Assembly: GCF_006345805.1 (NCBI RefSeq)
Contig: NC_043025.1
Span: 16,864,001 to 16,928,000, forward strand
Direction: 5' to 3'
DNA length: 64,000 nucleotides
DNA from: Octopus sinensis
Taxonomy: Eukaryota
Part shown: positions 14,601 through 27,110 of the stretch, piece after piece
How the letters are laid out: each line of letters begins with the position of its first letter
How positions within the stretch are numbered: the stretch's first letter is position 1
Program-made: the position numbers and the translations under genes
The notes under the pieces: generated by a model
Database searches by the model: none
Told to the model about the DNA's origin: nothing
What the model saw: only the letters and a program-made list of their open reading frames with translations

Positions 14601-17600
14601 GAAAACTTTTCAGAATTTAGTGATCTCTTGGATAAATATCAGCTTATTATCACTCATATAGCTTACATTTGCCTAACAGATCACAAAATTTTTTTTGTTT
14701 TTCAAGTACACATTTGAAATATTTTGACATTTTCGAACCTGAAAACTTTTGAGAATTTTGTAATCTCTTGGATAAATATAAGGTTATTATAACTAAGTTA
14801 ATTTATATTTACCTAACAGCTCACAAAATTTTTTTTTCTTTTTCAAGTACACATTTGAAATATTTTGACATTTTCTAACCTGAAAACTTTTGAGAATTTA
14901 GCGATCACTTGGATAAAATTTTTTTTTTGACTTTCAAGTACACATTTGAAATATTTTGACATTTTCTAGTCTGAAAACTGTTGAGAATTTAGTGATGTCT
15001 TGGATAAATATAAGCGTATTATCACTCAGTTAACTTATATTTATCTAAAAGATCACAAATTTTTTTTGTTTTTCAAGGACACATTTGAAATATTTTGACA
15101 TTTTTATGACAAGAATCTTTTGAGAATTTAGTTATCTCTTGGATAAATATAAGTTTATTATCACTCAGTTAACTTATATATACCTAACAGATCACAAAAT
15201 TTTTTTTTTTTTTCTAACCTGAAAACTTTTGAGAATTTAACGATCGCTTTGATAAAATTTTTTTTTTGTTTTTCAAGTACATATTTGAAATATTTTGACA
15301 TTTTCTAGCCTGAAAACATTTGAGAATTTAGTGATCTCTTGGATAAATATGAGCTTATTATCACTCAGTGAACTTATATTTACCTAAAAGTTCACAAAAT
15401 TTTTTTTTCTTTTTAAAGTACACATTTGAAATATTTTGACATTTTCTAACCTGAAACCTTTGAGAATTTAGTAATCTCTTAGATAAATATAAGGTTATTA
15501 TCACGCAGTAATTTATATTTACCTTACAGATCACAAAATTTTGTTTGTTTTTCAAGTACACATTTGAAATATTTTGACATTTTCTAACCTGAAACTTTTG
15601 AGTAGTGATTCTTGGATAAATAGAAGCTTATTATAACTCAGTTAATTTATATTTACCTAACAGATCACAAAATTTTTGTTGTTTTTCAAGTTCACATTTG
15701 AAATATTTTGACATTTTCTAACCTGAAAACTTTTGAGAATTTAGTGATCTCTTGGATAAATATAAGATTATAATAACTCGGTTAATTTATATTTACCTAA
15801 CAGATCACCAAATTTTTTGTTGTTTTTCAAGTACACATTTGAAATACTTTGACATTTTCTAACCTGAAAACATTTGAGAATTTAGTGATCTCTTGATTAA
15901 ATATAAGCTTATTATCACTCAGTTAACTTATATTTACCTAAAAGATCACAAAATTTTTTGTTGTTTTTCAAGTACACATTTGAAATATTTTGACATTTTC
16001 TAACCTGAAACTTTTGAGAATTTATTGATCTCTTGGATAAATATAAGCTTATTTTAACTTAGTTAATTTATATTTACCTAACAGATCAAAAAATTTTTGT
16101 TGTTTTCAAGTACACATTTGAAATATTTTCACATTTTCTAACCTGAAAACTTTTGAGAACTTAGTGATCTCTTGGATAACTATAAGATTATTATAACTCG
16201 GTTAATTTATATTACCTAACAGATCACAAAATTTTTTTTCTTTTTCAAGTACACATTTGAAAATTTTGACATTTTCTAACCTGAAAACTTTTGAGAATTT
16301 GTGATCTCTTGGATAAATACAAGCTTATTATAACTCAGTTAATTTATATTTACCTAACAGATCACAAAATTTTTGTTGTTTTTCAAGTACAAACTTGAAA
16401 TTTTGACATTTTCTAACCTGAAATATTTGAGACTTTTGTGATCTCTTGGAAAAATATAAGATTATTATAACTCGGTTAATTTATATTTACCTAACAGATC
16501 ATAAAATTTTTTGTCGTTTTTCAAGTACACATTTGAAATATTTTGACATTTTCTAACCTGAAAACTTTTGAGAATTTAGTGATCTCTTGGATAAATATAA
16601 GATTATTTTCACTCTTGGATAAATATAAGATTATTTTCACTCAGTTAACATTTACCTAGCACATCACAAAATTTTTTTTTGTTTTTCACTCAGTTAATTT
16701 ATATTTACCTAAGAGATCACAAAATTTTTTTTTGTTTTTCATGTACATATTTGAAATTTTTTGTTCTTGTCAAACCAGAAAACTTTTGAGAATTTAGTGA
16801 TCTCTTGGATTAATATAAGCTTATTATCACTCATATAGCTTATATTTACCTAACAGATCAAAAATTTTTTTTTGTTGTTCAAATAAACATTTGAAATATT
16901 TTTACATTTTCTAACTGAAAAACTTTTGAGAATTTAGTGATCTCTTGATAAATATAAGCTTATTGCCACTCAGTTAACATATATTTATCTAACAGATCAA
17001 AAAATTTCTTTTGGTTTATCAGGACACTTTGAAATATTTTGACATTTTCTAACCAGAAAACTTTTCAGAATTAGTGATCTCTGGATAAATATCAGCTTAT
17101 TATCACTCATATAGCTTATTTACCTAACAGATCACAAAATTTTTTTTTGTTTTTCAAGTACACATTTGAAATATTTTGACATTATCTAACCTGAAAACAT
17201 TTGAGAATTTTGTAATCTCTTGGATAAATATAAGCTTATTATAACTCAGTTAATTTATATTACCTAACAGCTCACAAAATTTTTTTTTCATTTTCAAGTA
17301 CACATTTGAAATATTTTGACATTTTCTAACCTGAAACTTTGAGAATTTAGCGATCACTGGATAAAATTTTTTTTTGACTTTCAAGCACACATTGAAATAT
17401 TTTGACATTTTCTAGCCTGAAAACTGTCGAGAATTTAGTGATGTCTTGGATAAATATAAGCGTATTATCACTCAGTTAACTTATATTATCTAACAGATCA
17501 AAAATTTTTTTTTGTTTTTCAAGGACACATTTGAATATTTTGACCTTTTTATAAAAGAAATCTTTTGAGAATTTAGTTATCTCTTGGATAAATATTAGGT

Positions 17601-17750
17601 TATTATCACTCAGTTAACTTATATTTACCTAACGGATCACAAAATTTTTTTTTGTTTTTCTAACCTGAAAACTTTTTAGAATTTAACGATCGCTTTGATA
17701 AAATTTTTTTTTTATTTTTCAAGTACATATTTGAAATATTTTGACATTTT
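11640..17750 (-). repeat. Higher-order repeat of ~2455 bp (about 18-20 full and truncated monomers), ~2.5 copies
   Basis: The marker TTGTTCTTGTCAAACCAGAA occurs at 11851, 14304 and 16761 (spacings 2453 and 2457). The truncated monomers appear in the same order in each copy. Confidence 0.9.
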
Positions 17751-18560
17751 CTAGCCTGAAGACTTCTGATAAGTTAGTGATCTCTTTGATAAATATAAAC
17801 TTATTACCACTCAGTTAACATATTACCTACAGCAAATAAAATTTTTTTTTTTTTCAAGTACACATTTGAAATATTTTGACATTTTGTAACCTGAAAACAT
17901 TTGAGAATTTTGTAATCTCTTGGATAAATATAAGCTTATTATAACTCAGTTAATTTATATTTACCTAACAGCTCACAAAATTTTTTTTTCATTTTCAAGT
18001 ACACATTTGAAATATTTTGACATTTTCTAACCTGAAAATTTTGAGAATTTAGCGATCACTTGGAAAATTTTTTTTTGACTTTCAAGCACACATTTGAAAT
18101 ATTTTGACATTTTCTAGCGAAAATGTCGAGAATTTAGTTGATGTCTTGATAAATATAAGCGTATTATCACTCAGTTAACTTATATTTATCTAACAGATCA
18201 GAAAATTTTTTTTTGTTTTTCAAGGACACATTTGAAATATTTTGACCTTTTTATAACAAGAAATCTTTTGAGAATTTAGTTATCTCTTGGATAAATATTA
18301 GGTTATTATCACTCAGTTAACTTATATTTACCTAACGATCACAAAATTTTTTTTTGTTTTTCTAACCTGAAAACTTTTTGAATTAACGATCGCTTTGATA
18401 AAATTTTTTTTTTATTTTTCAAGTACATATTTGAAATATTTTGACATTTTCTAGCCTGAAGACTTCTGATAAGTTAGTGATCTCTTTGATAAATAAACTT
18501 ATTACCACTCAGTTAACATATTTACCTAACAGCAAATAAAATTTTTTTTTTTTTTCAAGT
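17150..18560 (-). repeat. Tandem ~700-bp duplication
   Basis: GACTTCTGATAAGTTAGTGA occurs at 17761 and 18461; GACTTTCAAGCACACAT occurs at ~17376 and ~18077. Confidence 0.85.
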
Positions 18561-21049
18561 ACACATTTGAAATATTTTGACATTTTGTAACCTGAAAACA
18601 TTTGAGAATTTAGTGATCTCTTGGATAAATATGAGCTTATTATCACTCAGTGAACTTATAGTTACCTAACAGATCACGAAATTTTTTCTTGTTTTTCAAG
18701 TACATATTTGAAATATTTTGACATTTTCTAACCTGAAATCTTTTGAGAAATTAGTGATCTGTTGGATAAATATAAGTTTTTCAAGTACACATTTGAAATA
18801 TTTTGACATTTTCTAACATGAAAACTTTTGAGAATTTTGTGATCTCTTAGATAAATATAAGCTTATTATCACTCAGTTAACTTATATTTACCTAACAGCT
18901 CACAAAATTTTTTTTTCTTTTTCAAGTACACATTTGAAATATTTTGACATTTTCTAACCTGAAAACCTTTGAGAATTTAGCGATCTCTTTGATAAAATTT
19001 TTCTTTTATTTTTCAAGTACACATTTGAAATATTTTGACATTTTCTAGCCTGAAGACTTTTGATAATTTAGTGATCTCTTGGATAAATATAAACTTATTA
19101 TCACTCAGTTAACATATTTACCTAACAGATCACAAAATTTTTTTTTGTTTTTCAAAGACACATTTGAAATATTTTGACATTTTCTAACAAGAAAACTTTT
19201 GAGAATTTCGTTATCTCTTGGATAAATATAAGCATATTATCACTGATATAGCTTATATTTACCTAACAGATCACGAAATTTTTTTTTGTTTTTCAAATAC
19301 ACATTTGAAATATTTTGACATTTTCTAACCTGAAAAATTTGAGAATTTAGTGATCTCTTGCATAAATATAAGCTTATTTTCACTCAATTAACTTACATTT
19401 ACCTAGCACATCACAAATTTTTTTTTGGTTTTTCAAGTACACATTTGAAATATTTTGACATTTTCTAACCTGAAAATTTTGAGAATTTCGTGATCTCTTG
19501 GATAAATTTAAGCTTATAATCACTCAGTTAACTTATATTTACCCAAAAGATCACAAAATTTTTTTTTTTTTTCAAGTACACATTTGAAATATTTTGACAT
19601 TTTCTAACCTGAAACCTGTGAGAATTTAGTGTTCTCTTAGATAAATATAAGAATATATCACTCAGTAATTTATATTTACCTAACAGATCACAAAATTTCT
19701 GTTGTTTTTCAAGTACACATTTGAAATATTTTGACATTTTCTAACATGAAACTTTAGAGAATTTAGTGATCTCTTGGATAAATATAAGCTTATTATAACT
19801 CAGTTAATTATATTTACCTAACAGATCACAAACTTTTGTTGTATTTCAAGTACACACTTGAAATATTTTGACATTTTCTAACCTTAATTATTTGAGAATT
19901 TTGTGATCTCTTGGATAAATATAAGATTATATAACTCGGTTAATTTATATTTCCCTAACAGATCAGAAAATTTTTTGTTGTTTTTCAAGTACACATTTGA
20001 AATATTTTGACATTTTCTTACCTGAAACTTTTGAGAATTCCTTGATCTCTTGGATAAATATAAGCTTATTATCACTCAGTTAATTTATATTTACCTAAGA
20101 GATCACAAAATTTTTTTTTGTTTTTCAAGTACACATTTGAAATATTTTGTTATTGTCAAACCAGAAAACTTTTGAGAATTTTGTGATCTCTTAGATAAAT
20201 ATAAGCTATTATCACTGAGTTAACTTATATATACCTAACAGATCACAAATTTTTTTTTGTTTTTCAAGTACACATTTGAAATATTTTGACATTTTCTAAC
20301 CTGAAAACTTTTGAGAATTTAGCGATCTCTTTGATAAAATTTTTTATAGATATATGTTTTGTATCACACAGTTAACATAAATTTATCTAAAGGATCAACG
20401 AATTTTTTTTTTCTATTTCAAGTACACATTTGAAATATTTTGACATTTTCTAACCTAAAAACTTTTGAGAATTTTGTGATCTCTTGGATAAATATTTGCT
20501 TATTATGACTCAGTTAATTTATATTTACCTAACAGCTCACAAAATTTTTTTTTGTTTTTCAAGTACTGGTTTGAAATATTTTGACATTTTCTAACCTGAA
20601 AACTTTTGAGAATTTAGTGATCTCTTGGATAAATATAAGCTTATTATCACTCATATAGCTTATAATTACCTATCAGACAACAAAATTTCTTTTTCGATTT
20701 TAAGTACACATTTGAAATATTTTGACATTTTCTAACCTGAAAACTTTTGAGAATTTAGTGATCTCTTGAATAAATATAAGCTTATTGTCACTCATATAGC
20801 TTATAATTACCTATCAGACAACAAAATTTTTTTTTGTTTTTCAAGTACACATTTGAAATATTTTGACATTTTCTAACGTGAAAACTTTTGAGAATTTAGT
20901 GATCTCTTGGATAAATATAATCTTATTATCACTGAGTTAATTTATATTTACCTTACAGATAACAAAATTTTTTTTTTGTCTTTGAAGTACACATTTGAAA
21001 TATTTTGACATTTTCTAACATGAAATCTTTTGGGAATTTAGTGATCTCT

Positions 21050-22760
21050 TGGATAAATATAAGCTTATTATCACTGAGTTAACTTATATTTACCTAACAG
21101 ATCACAAATTTTTTTTTGTTTTTCAAGTACACATTTGAAATTTTTTGAAATTTTCTAACCTGAAAACTTTTGAGAATTTAGTGATCTTTGGATAAATATA
21201 AGCTTATAATCACTCAGGTAACTTATATTTACCTAACAGATTACAAATTTTTTTTTTCTTTTCCAGTACACATTGAAATATTTTGACATTTTCTAACCTA
21301 AAAACTTTTGAGAATTTAGTGATCTTTGGATAAATATAAGCTTATTATAACTCATTAATTTATATTTACCTAACAGCTCACAAAATTTTTTTTTGTTGTT
21401 CAAGTACACATTTGAATATTTTGACATTTTCTAACCTGAAAACTTTTGAGAATTTAGTGATCACTTGGTTAAATATAAGCTTATTATCACTCAGTTAACT
21501 TATATTTACCTAACAGATCACGAAATTTTTTTCTTGTTTTTCAAGTACATATTTGAATTATTTTGACATTTTCTAACCTGAAAACTTTTGAGAATTTAGT
21601 GATCTCTTGGTTAAATATCAGCTTATAATGACTCAGTTAACTGATATTACCTAACAGATCGAGAAATATTTTTTGTTTTTCAAGTACATATTTGAAATAT
21701 TTTGACATTTTCTAACCTGAAAACTTTTGAGAATTTTGCCATCTCTTTGATAAAATTTTTTATAAATATATGTTTTGTATCACACAGTTAACATAAATTT
21801 ATCTAAAGGATCACGAATTTTTTTTTTGTTTTTCAAGTACACATGTGAAATATTTTGACATTTTCTAACCTAAAAACTTTTGAGAATTTAGTGATCTCTT
21901 GGATAAATATAAGCTTATTATCACTGAGTTAACTTATATTTACCTAACAGATCACAAATTTTTTTTTTGTTTTTCAAGTACACATTTGAAATTTTTTGAA
22001 ATTTTCTAACCTGAAAACTTTTGAGAATTTAGTGATCTGTTGGATAATATAAGCTTATAATCACTCAGGTAACTTATATTTACCTAACAGATTACAAATT
22101 TTTTTTTCTTTTCCAAGTACACATTTGAAATATTTTGACATTTTCTACCTGAAAACTTTTGAGAATTTAGTGATCTCTTGGATAAATATAAGCTTATTAT
22201 AACTCAGTTAATTTATATTTACCTAACAGCTCACAAAATTTTTTTTTTTTTTTGTTGTTCAAGTACACATTTGAAATATTTTGACATTTTCTAACCTGAA
22301 AACTTTTGAGATTTAGTGATCTCTTGGATAAATATAAGCTTATTATCACTCAGTTAACTTATATTTACCTAACAGATCACGAAATTTTTTCTTGTTTTTC
22401 AGTACATATTTGAATTATTTTGACATTTTCTAACCTGAAAACTTTTGAGAATTTAGTGATCTCTTGGTTAAATATCAGCTTATAATGACTCAGTTAACTG
22501 ATATTACCTAACAGATCGAGAAATATTTTTTGTTTTTTCAAGTACACATTTGAAATATTTTGACATTTTCTAACCTAAAAACTTTTGAGAATTTTGCCAT
22601 CTCTTTGATAAAATTTTTTATAAATATATGTTTTGTATCACACAGTTAACATAAATTTATCTAAGGATCACGAATTTTTTTTTTGTTTTTCAAGTACACA
22701 TGTGAAATATTTTGACATTTTCTAACCTAAAAACTTTTGAGAATTTAGTGATCTCTTGGA
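21050..22760 (-). repeat. Hexamer higher-order repeat (~850-860 bp), two copies
   Basis: The divergent monomer ...TGTATCACACAGTTAACATAAATTTATCTAA... occurs at 21781 and 22639; AAGCTTATTATCACTGAGTT occurs at 21061 and 21911. Confidence 0.82.
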
Positions 22761-23624
22761 TAAATATTTGCTTATTATGACTCAGTTAATTTATATTTAC
22801 CTAACAGCTCACAAAATTTTTTTTTGTTTTTCAAGTACAGGTTTGAAATATTTTGACATTTTGTAACCTGAAAACTTTTGAGAATTTAGTGATCTCTTGG
22901 ATAAATATAAGCTTATTATCACTGAGTTAATTTATATTTACCTAACAGATAACAAAATTTTTTTTTGTCTTTGAACTACACATTTGAAATATTTTGACAT
23001 TTTCTAACCTGAAATCGTTTGAGAATTTAGTGATCTCTTGGATAAATATGAGCTTATTATCACTGAGTTATCTTATATTTACCTAACAGATCACAAATTT
23101 TTTTTTATTTTTCAAGTACACATTTGAAATATTTTGAAATTTTCTAACCTGAAAACTTTTGAGAATTTAGTAATCTCTTGGATAAATATAAGCTTATTTT
23201 CACTCAGGTAACTTATATTTACCTAATAGATTACAAAATTTTTTTTTGTTTTCCAAGTACACATTTGAAATATTTTGACATTTTCTAACCTGAAAACTTT
23301 TGAGAATTTAGTGATGTCTTGGATAAATATAAGGTTATTATCACTCAGTTAACTTATATTTACCTAACACATCACAAAATTTTTTTTTGTTTTTCAAGTA
23401 CACATTTGAAATAATTTGAAATTTTCTAACCTGAAAATTTTGAGAATTTAGTGATCTCTTGGATAAATATAAGCTTATTATCACTCATATAACTTATATT
23501 TATCTAACAGATTACAAATTTTTTTTAGATTTTCAAGTACAAGTTTGAAATATTTTGGCATTTTCTAACCTGAAAACTTTTGAGAATTTAGTGATCTCTT
23601 GGATAAATATAAACTTATTATCAC

Positions 23625-23946
23625 AGAGCGTCGAGCTTACGATCGTGAGGTTGTGAGCTCGAATCCCGGACCGGGCTGCGTGTTGTGTTCTTGAGTAAGA
23701 CACTGAATTTAACGTTGCTCCAGTTCACTCAGCTGTAGAAATGAGTTGCGACGTCACAGGTGCCAAGCTGTATCGACCTTTGTCTTTCCCTTGGATAACA
23801 CAGGTGGCGTGGAGAGGGGAGGCCGGTATGCATGGGCGACTACTGGTCTTCCATAAAAAACAACCTTAACCAGACTTGTGCCTCAGAGGGTAACTCTCTA
23901 GGTGCAAACGCATGGTCACTCATGACCGAAGGGGGTCTTTACCTTT
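23625..23946 (+). mobile_element. 5'-truncated tRNA-derived CORE-type SINE, copy 1 (322 bp)
   Basis: GC- and CpG-rich island in the AT-rich array. It has a tRNA-like 3' half with a degenerate B box (AGCTCGAATCC, 23656-23666) and a segment at 23680-23745 resembling the MIR-type CORE (TGTGTGACCTTGGGCAAGTTACTTAACCTCTCTGTGCCTCAGTTTCCTCATCTGTAAAATGG). It ends in a short CTTTACCTTT tail and is flanked by a perfect 10-bp direct repeat. The family name is not verified. Confidence 0.85.
23656..23666 (+). promoter_or_regulatory. Degenerate RNA polymerase III B box in the SINE head (A box lost by truncation)
   Basis: AGCTCGAATCC vs consensus GGTTCGAATCC: the invariant GTTC is GCTC in both copies. It is preceded by GAGGTTGT, typical of a tRNA variable loop/T-stem. 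Confidence 0.65.
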
Positions 23947-25439
23947 TTATTATCACTCAGTTAATTTATATTTACCTAATAGATAACAAATTTTTTTTTG
24001 ATTTTCAAGTACACATTTGAAATATTTTATCATTTTCCAACCTGAAAACTTTTGAGAATTTAGTGATCTCTTGGATGAATATAAGGTTATTATCACTCAG
24101 TTAATTTATATATACCTAACAGATCACAAATTTTTTTTTGTTTTTCAAGAACACATTTGAAATATTTTGAGACAGTCTAAGATGAAATCTTTTGAGAATT
24201 TAGTGATCTCTTGGATAAATATAGGATTATTATCACTCAGTTAACTAATATTTACCGAACAGGTCACAAAATTTTTTTTTATTTTTCAATTACACATTTG
24301 AAATATTTTGACATTTTCTAACCTAAAATATTTAAGAATTTAGTGATCGCTTAGATAAATATGAACTTATTATTACTCAGTTAACATATATATACCTAAC
24401 AGATCACAAATTTTTTTTTGTTTTTCAAGTACATATTGGAAATATTTTGACATTTTCCAACCTGAAAACTTTTGAGAATTTCGTGATCTCTTGGATAAAT
24501 ATAAGCTTGTTATCACTCATATAACTTATATTTACCTAGCAGACAACAAAATTTTTTTTTGTTTATCAAGTACACATGTGCAATAATTTGACATTGTCTA
24601 ACCTGAAAACTTTTGAGAGTTTAGTGATCTCTTGGATAAATATAAGCCTTTTTTCACTCACTAAATTTATATTTACATGACAGATCACAAAATTTTTTTT
24701 TGTTTTTCAACTTTTGAGAGTTTAGTGATCTCTTGGATAAATATGAGCCTTTTTTCACTCACTAAATTTATATTTACCTAACAGATCACAAAATTTTTTT
24801 TTGTGTTTCAAGTACACATTGGAAATATTTAGAGATTTTCTAACCTGAAATCTTTTGAGAATTTAGTGATCTCTTGGATAAATATAAACTTATTATCATC
24901 ACTCATATAGCTCATATTTACCTAAAAGATCGCAAATTTTTTTTTTATTTTTCAAGTACACATTTGAGAAATTAGTGGTCTCTTGGATAAATATAAGCTT
25001 ATTATCACTCATATAGATTATATTTACCTAAGAGATAACAAATTTTTTTTTTATTCAAGTACACATTTGAAATATTTTGACATTTTCTAACCTGAAAACT
25101 TTTGAGAATTTTGTGATCTCATGGATAAATATAAGCTTATTATCACTCATATATCTTATATTTACCTAACAGATCACAACATTTTCTTTGTTTTTCAAGT
25201 ACAAATTTGAAATATTTTGACAATTTCCAACCTGAAAACTTTTGAGAATTTAGTGATCTCTTGGATAAATATAAGCTTATTATCAATCATATAGCTTATA
25301 TTTACCTAACAGATCACAAAATTTTTTTTTGTTTTTCAAAAACACATCTGAAATATTTTGATATTTTCTAACCTGAACACTTTTGAGAATTTAGTGATCT
25401 CTTGGATAAATATAAGCTTATTATCACTCATATAGCTTA

Positions 25440-27110
25440 TGAGATCACAAAATTTTTTTTTATTTTTCAAGTACACATCTGAAATATTTTGATATTTTCT
25501 TACCTGAAAACTTTTGAGAATTTAGTGAACTCTTGGATAAATATAAGCTTATTATCACTCAGCTAACTTATATTTATCTAACAGATCACAACAATTTTTT
25601 TTTGTTTTTCAAGTACACATTTGAAATATTTTGATATTTTCTATTCTGAAAACTTTTGAGAATTTAGTGATCTCTTGGATAAATATAAGCTTATTATCAT
25701 TCAGTTAAATTATAATTACCTAACAGTTCACAAAATTTTTTTTCTATTTTTCAAGTACAACATTTGAAATATTTAGAGATTTTCTAACCTGAAAACTTTT
25801 GAGAATTTAGTGATCTCTTGGATAAATATAAGCTTATTATCATCACTCATATAGCTGATATGTACCTAAAAGATCGCAAATTTTTTTTTTATTTTTTAAG
25901 TACACATTTAAAATATTTTGACATTTTCTAACCTGAAAACTTTTAAGAATATAGTGATCTCTTAGATAAATATAAGCTTATTATCATCACTCGTTAACTT
26001 ATAATTACCTAATAGATCACTAATTTTTTTTTGTTCTCAAGTACACATTTGAAATATTTTGACATTTCTAACCTGAAATCTTTTGAGAATTAAGTGATCT
26101 CTTGGATAAATATAAGCTTATTATCACTCAAATAGCTAATATTTCCTAACAGATCACAAAATCTTTTTTTTTTCAGTACTCATTTGATATTATCTTGACA
26201 TTTTCTAACCTGAAAACTTTTGAGATTTAGTTATCTCTTGGATAAATATAAGCTTATTATCACTCATATAGCTTATGAGATCACAAAATTTTTTTTATTT
26301 TTCAAGTACACATCTGAAATATTTTGATATTTTCTACCTGAAAACTTTTGAGAATTTAGTGAACTCTTGGATAAATATAAGCTTATTATCACTCAGCTAA
26401 GCTTATATTTATCTAACAGATCACAACATTTTTTTTTGTTTTTCAAGTACACATTTGAAATATTTTGATATTTTCTATTCTGAAAACTTTTGAGAATTTA
26501 GTGATCTCTTGGATAAATATAAGCTTATTATCATTCAGTTAAATTATAATTACCTAACAGTTCACAAAATTTTTTTCTATTTTTCAAGTACACATTTGAA
26601 ATATTTAGAGATTTTCTAACCTGAAAACTTTTGAGAATTTAGTGATCTCTTGGATAAATATAAGCTTATTATCATCACTCATATAGCTATATTACCTAAA
26701 AATCGCAAATTTTTTTTTTTTTTTTAAGTACACATTTAAAATATTTTGACATTTTCTAACCTGAAAACTTTTAAGAATATAGTGATCTCTTAGATAAATA
26801 TAAGCTTATTATCACTCAGTTAACTTATAATTACCTAATAGATCACTAATTTTTTTTTGTTCTCAAGTACACATTTGAAATATTTTGACATTTTCTAACC
26901 TGAAATCTTTTGAGAATTAAGTGATCTCTTGGATAAATATAAGCTTATTATCACTCAAATAGCTAATATTTACCTAACAGATCACAAAATCTTTTTTTTT
27001 CAAGTACTCATTTGATATTAACTTGACATTTTCTAACCTGAAAACTTTTGAGAAGTTAGTTATCTCTTGGATAAATATAAGCTTATTATCACTCATATAG
27101 CTTATATTTA
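25440..27110 (-). repeat. Hexamer higher-order repeat (~836 bp), two copies
   Basis: The deletion marker GCTTATGAGATCAC occurs at 25435 and 26271, followed by a matching series of variants (GTGAACTC, CTATTCTG, TTAGAGATT, GTACTCATTTGAT). Confidence 0.85.

Larger units (their letters stand above)
23615..23956 (+). repeat. Target-site duplication TTATTATCAC flanking SINE copy 1 (23615-23624 and 23947-23956)
   Basis: ...AAAC[TTATTATCAC]agagcg...accttt[TTATTATCAC]TCAGTT. Removing the element and one repeat restores an intact monomer. Confidence 0.93.

Noticed and set aside
23625-23675. Functional tRNA gene
   Set aside because: Only the 3' half of a tRNA-like sequence is present. The acceptor 5' strand and A box are missing, the T-loop is mutated, and the sequence runs directly into a SINE CORE.
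23790-23798. CTTGGATAA shared between the SINE body and the satellite arm
   Set aside because: A 9-bp match is not convincing without flanking similarity and is unrelated to the insertion breakpoints.
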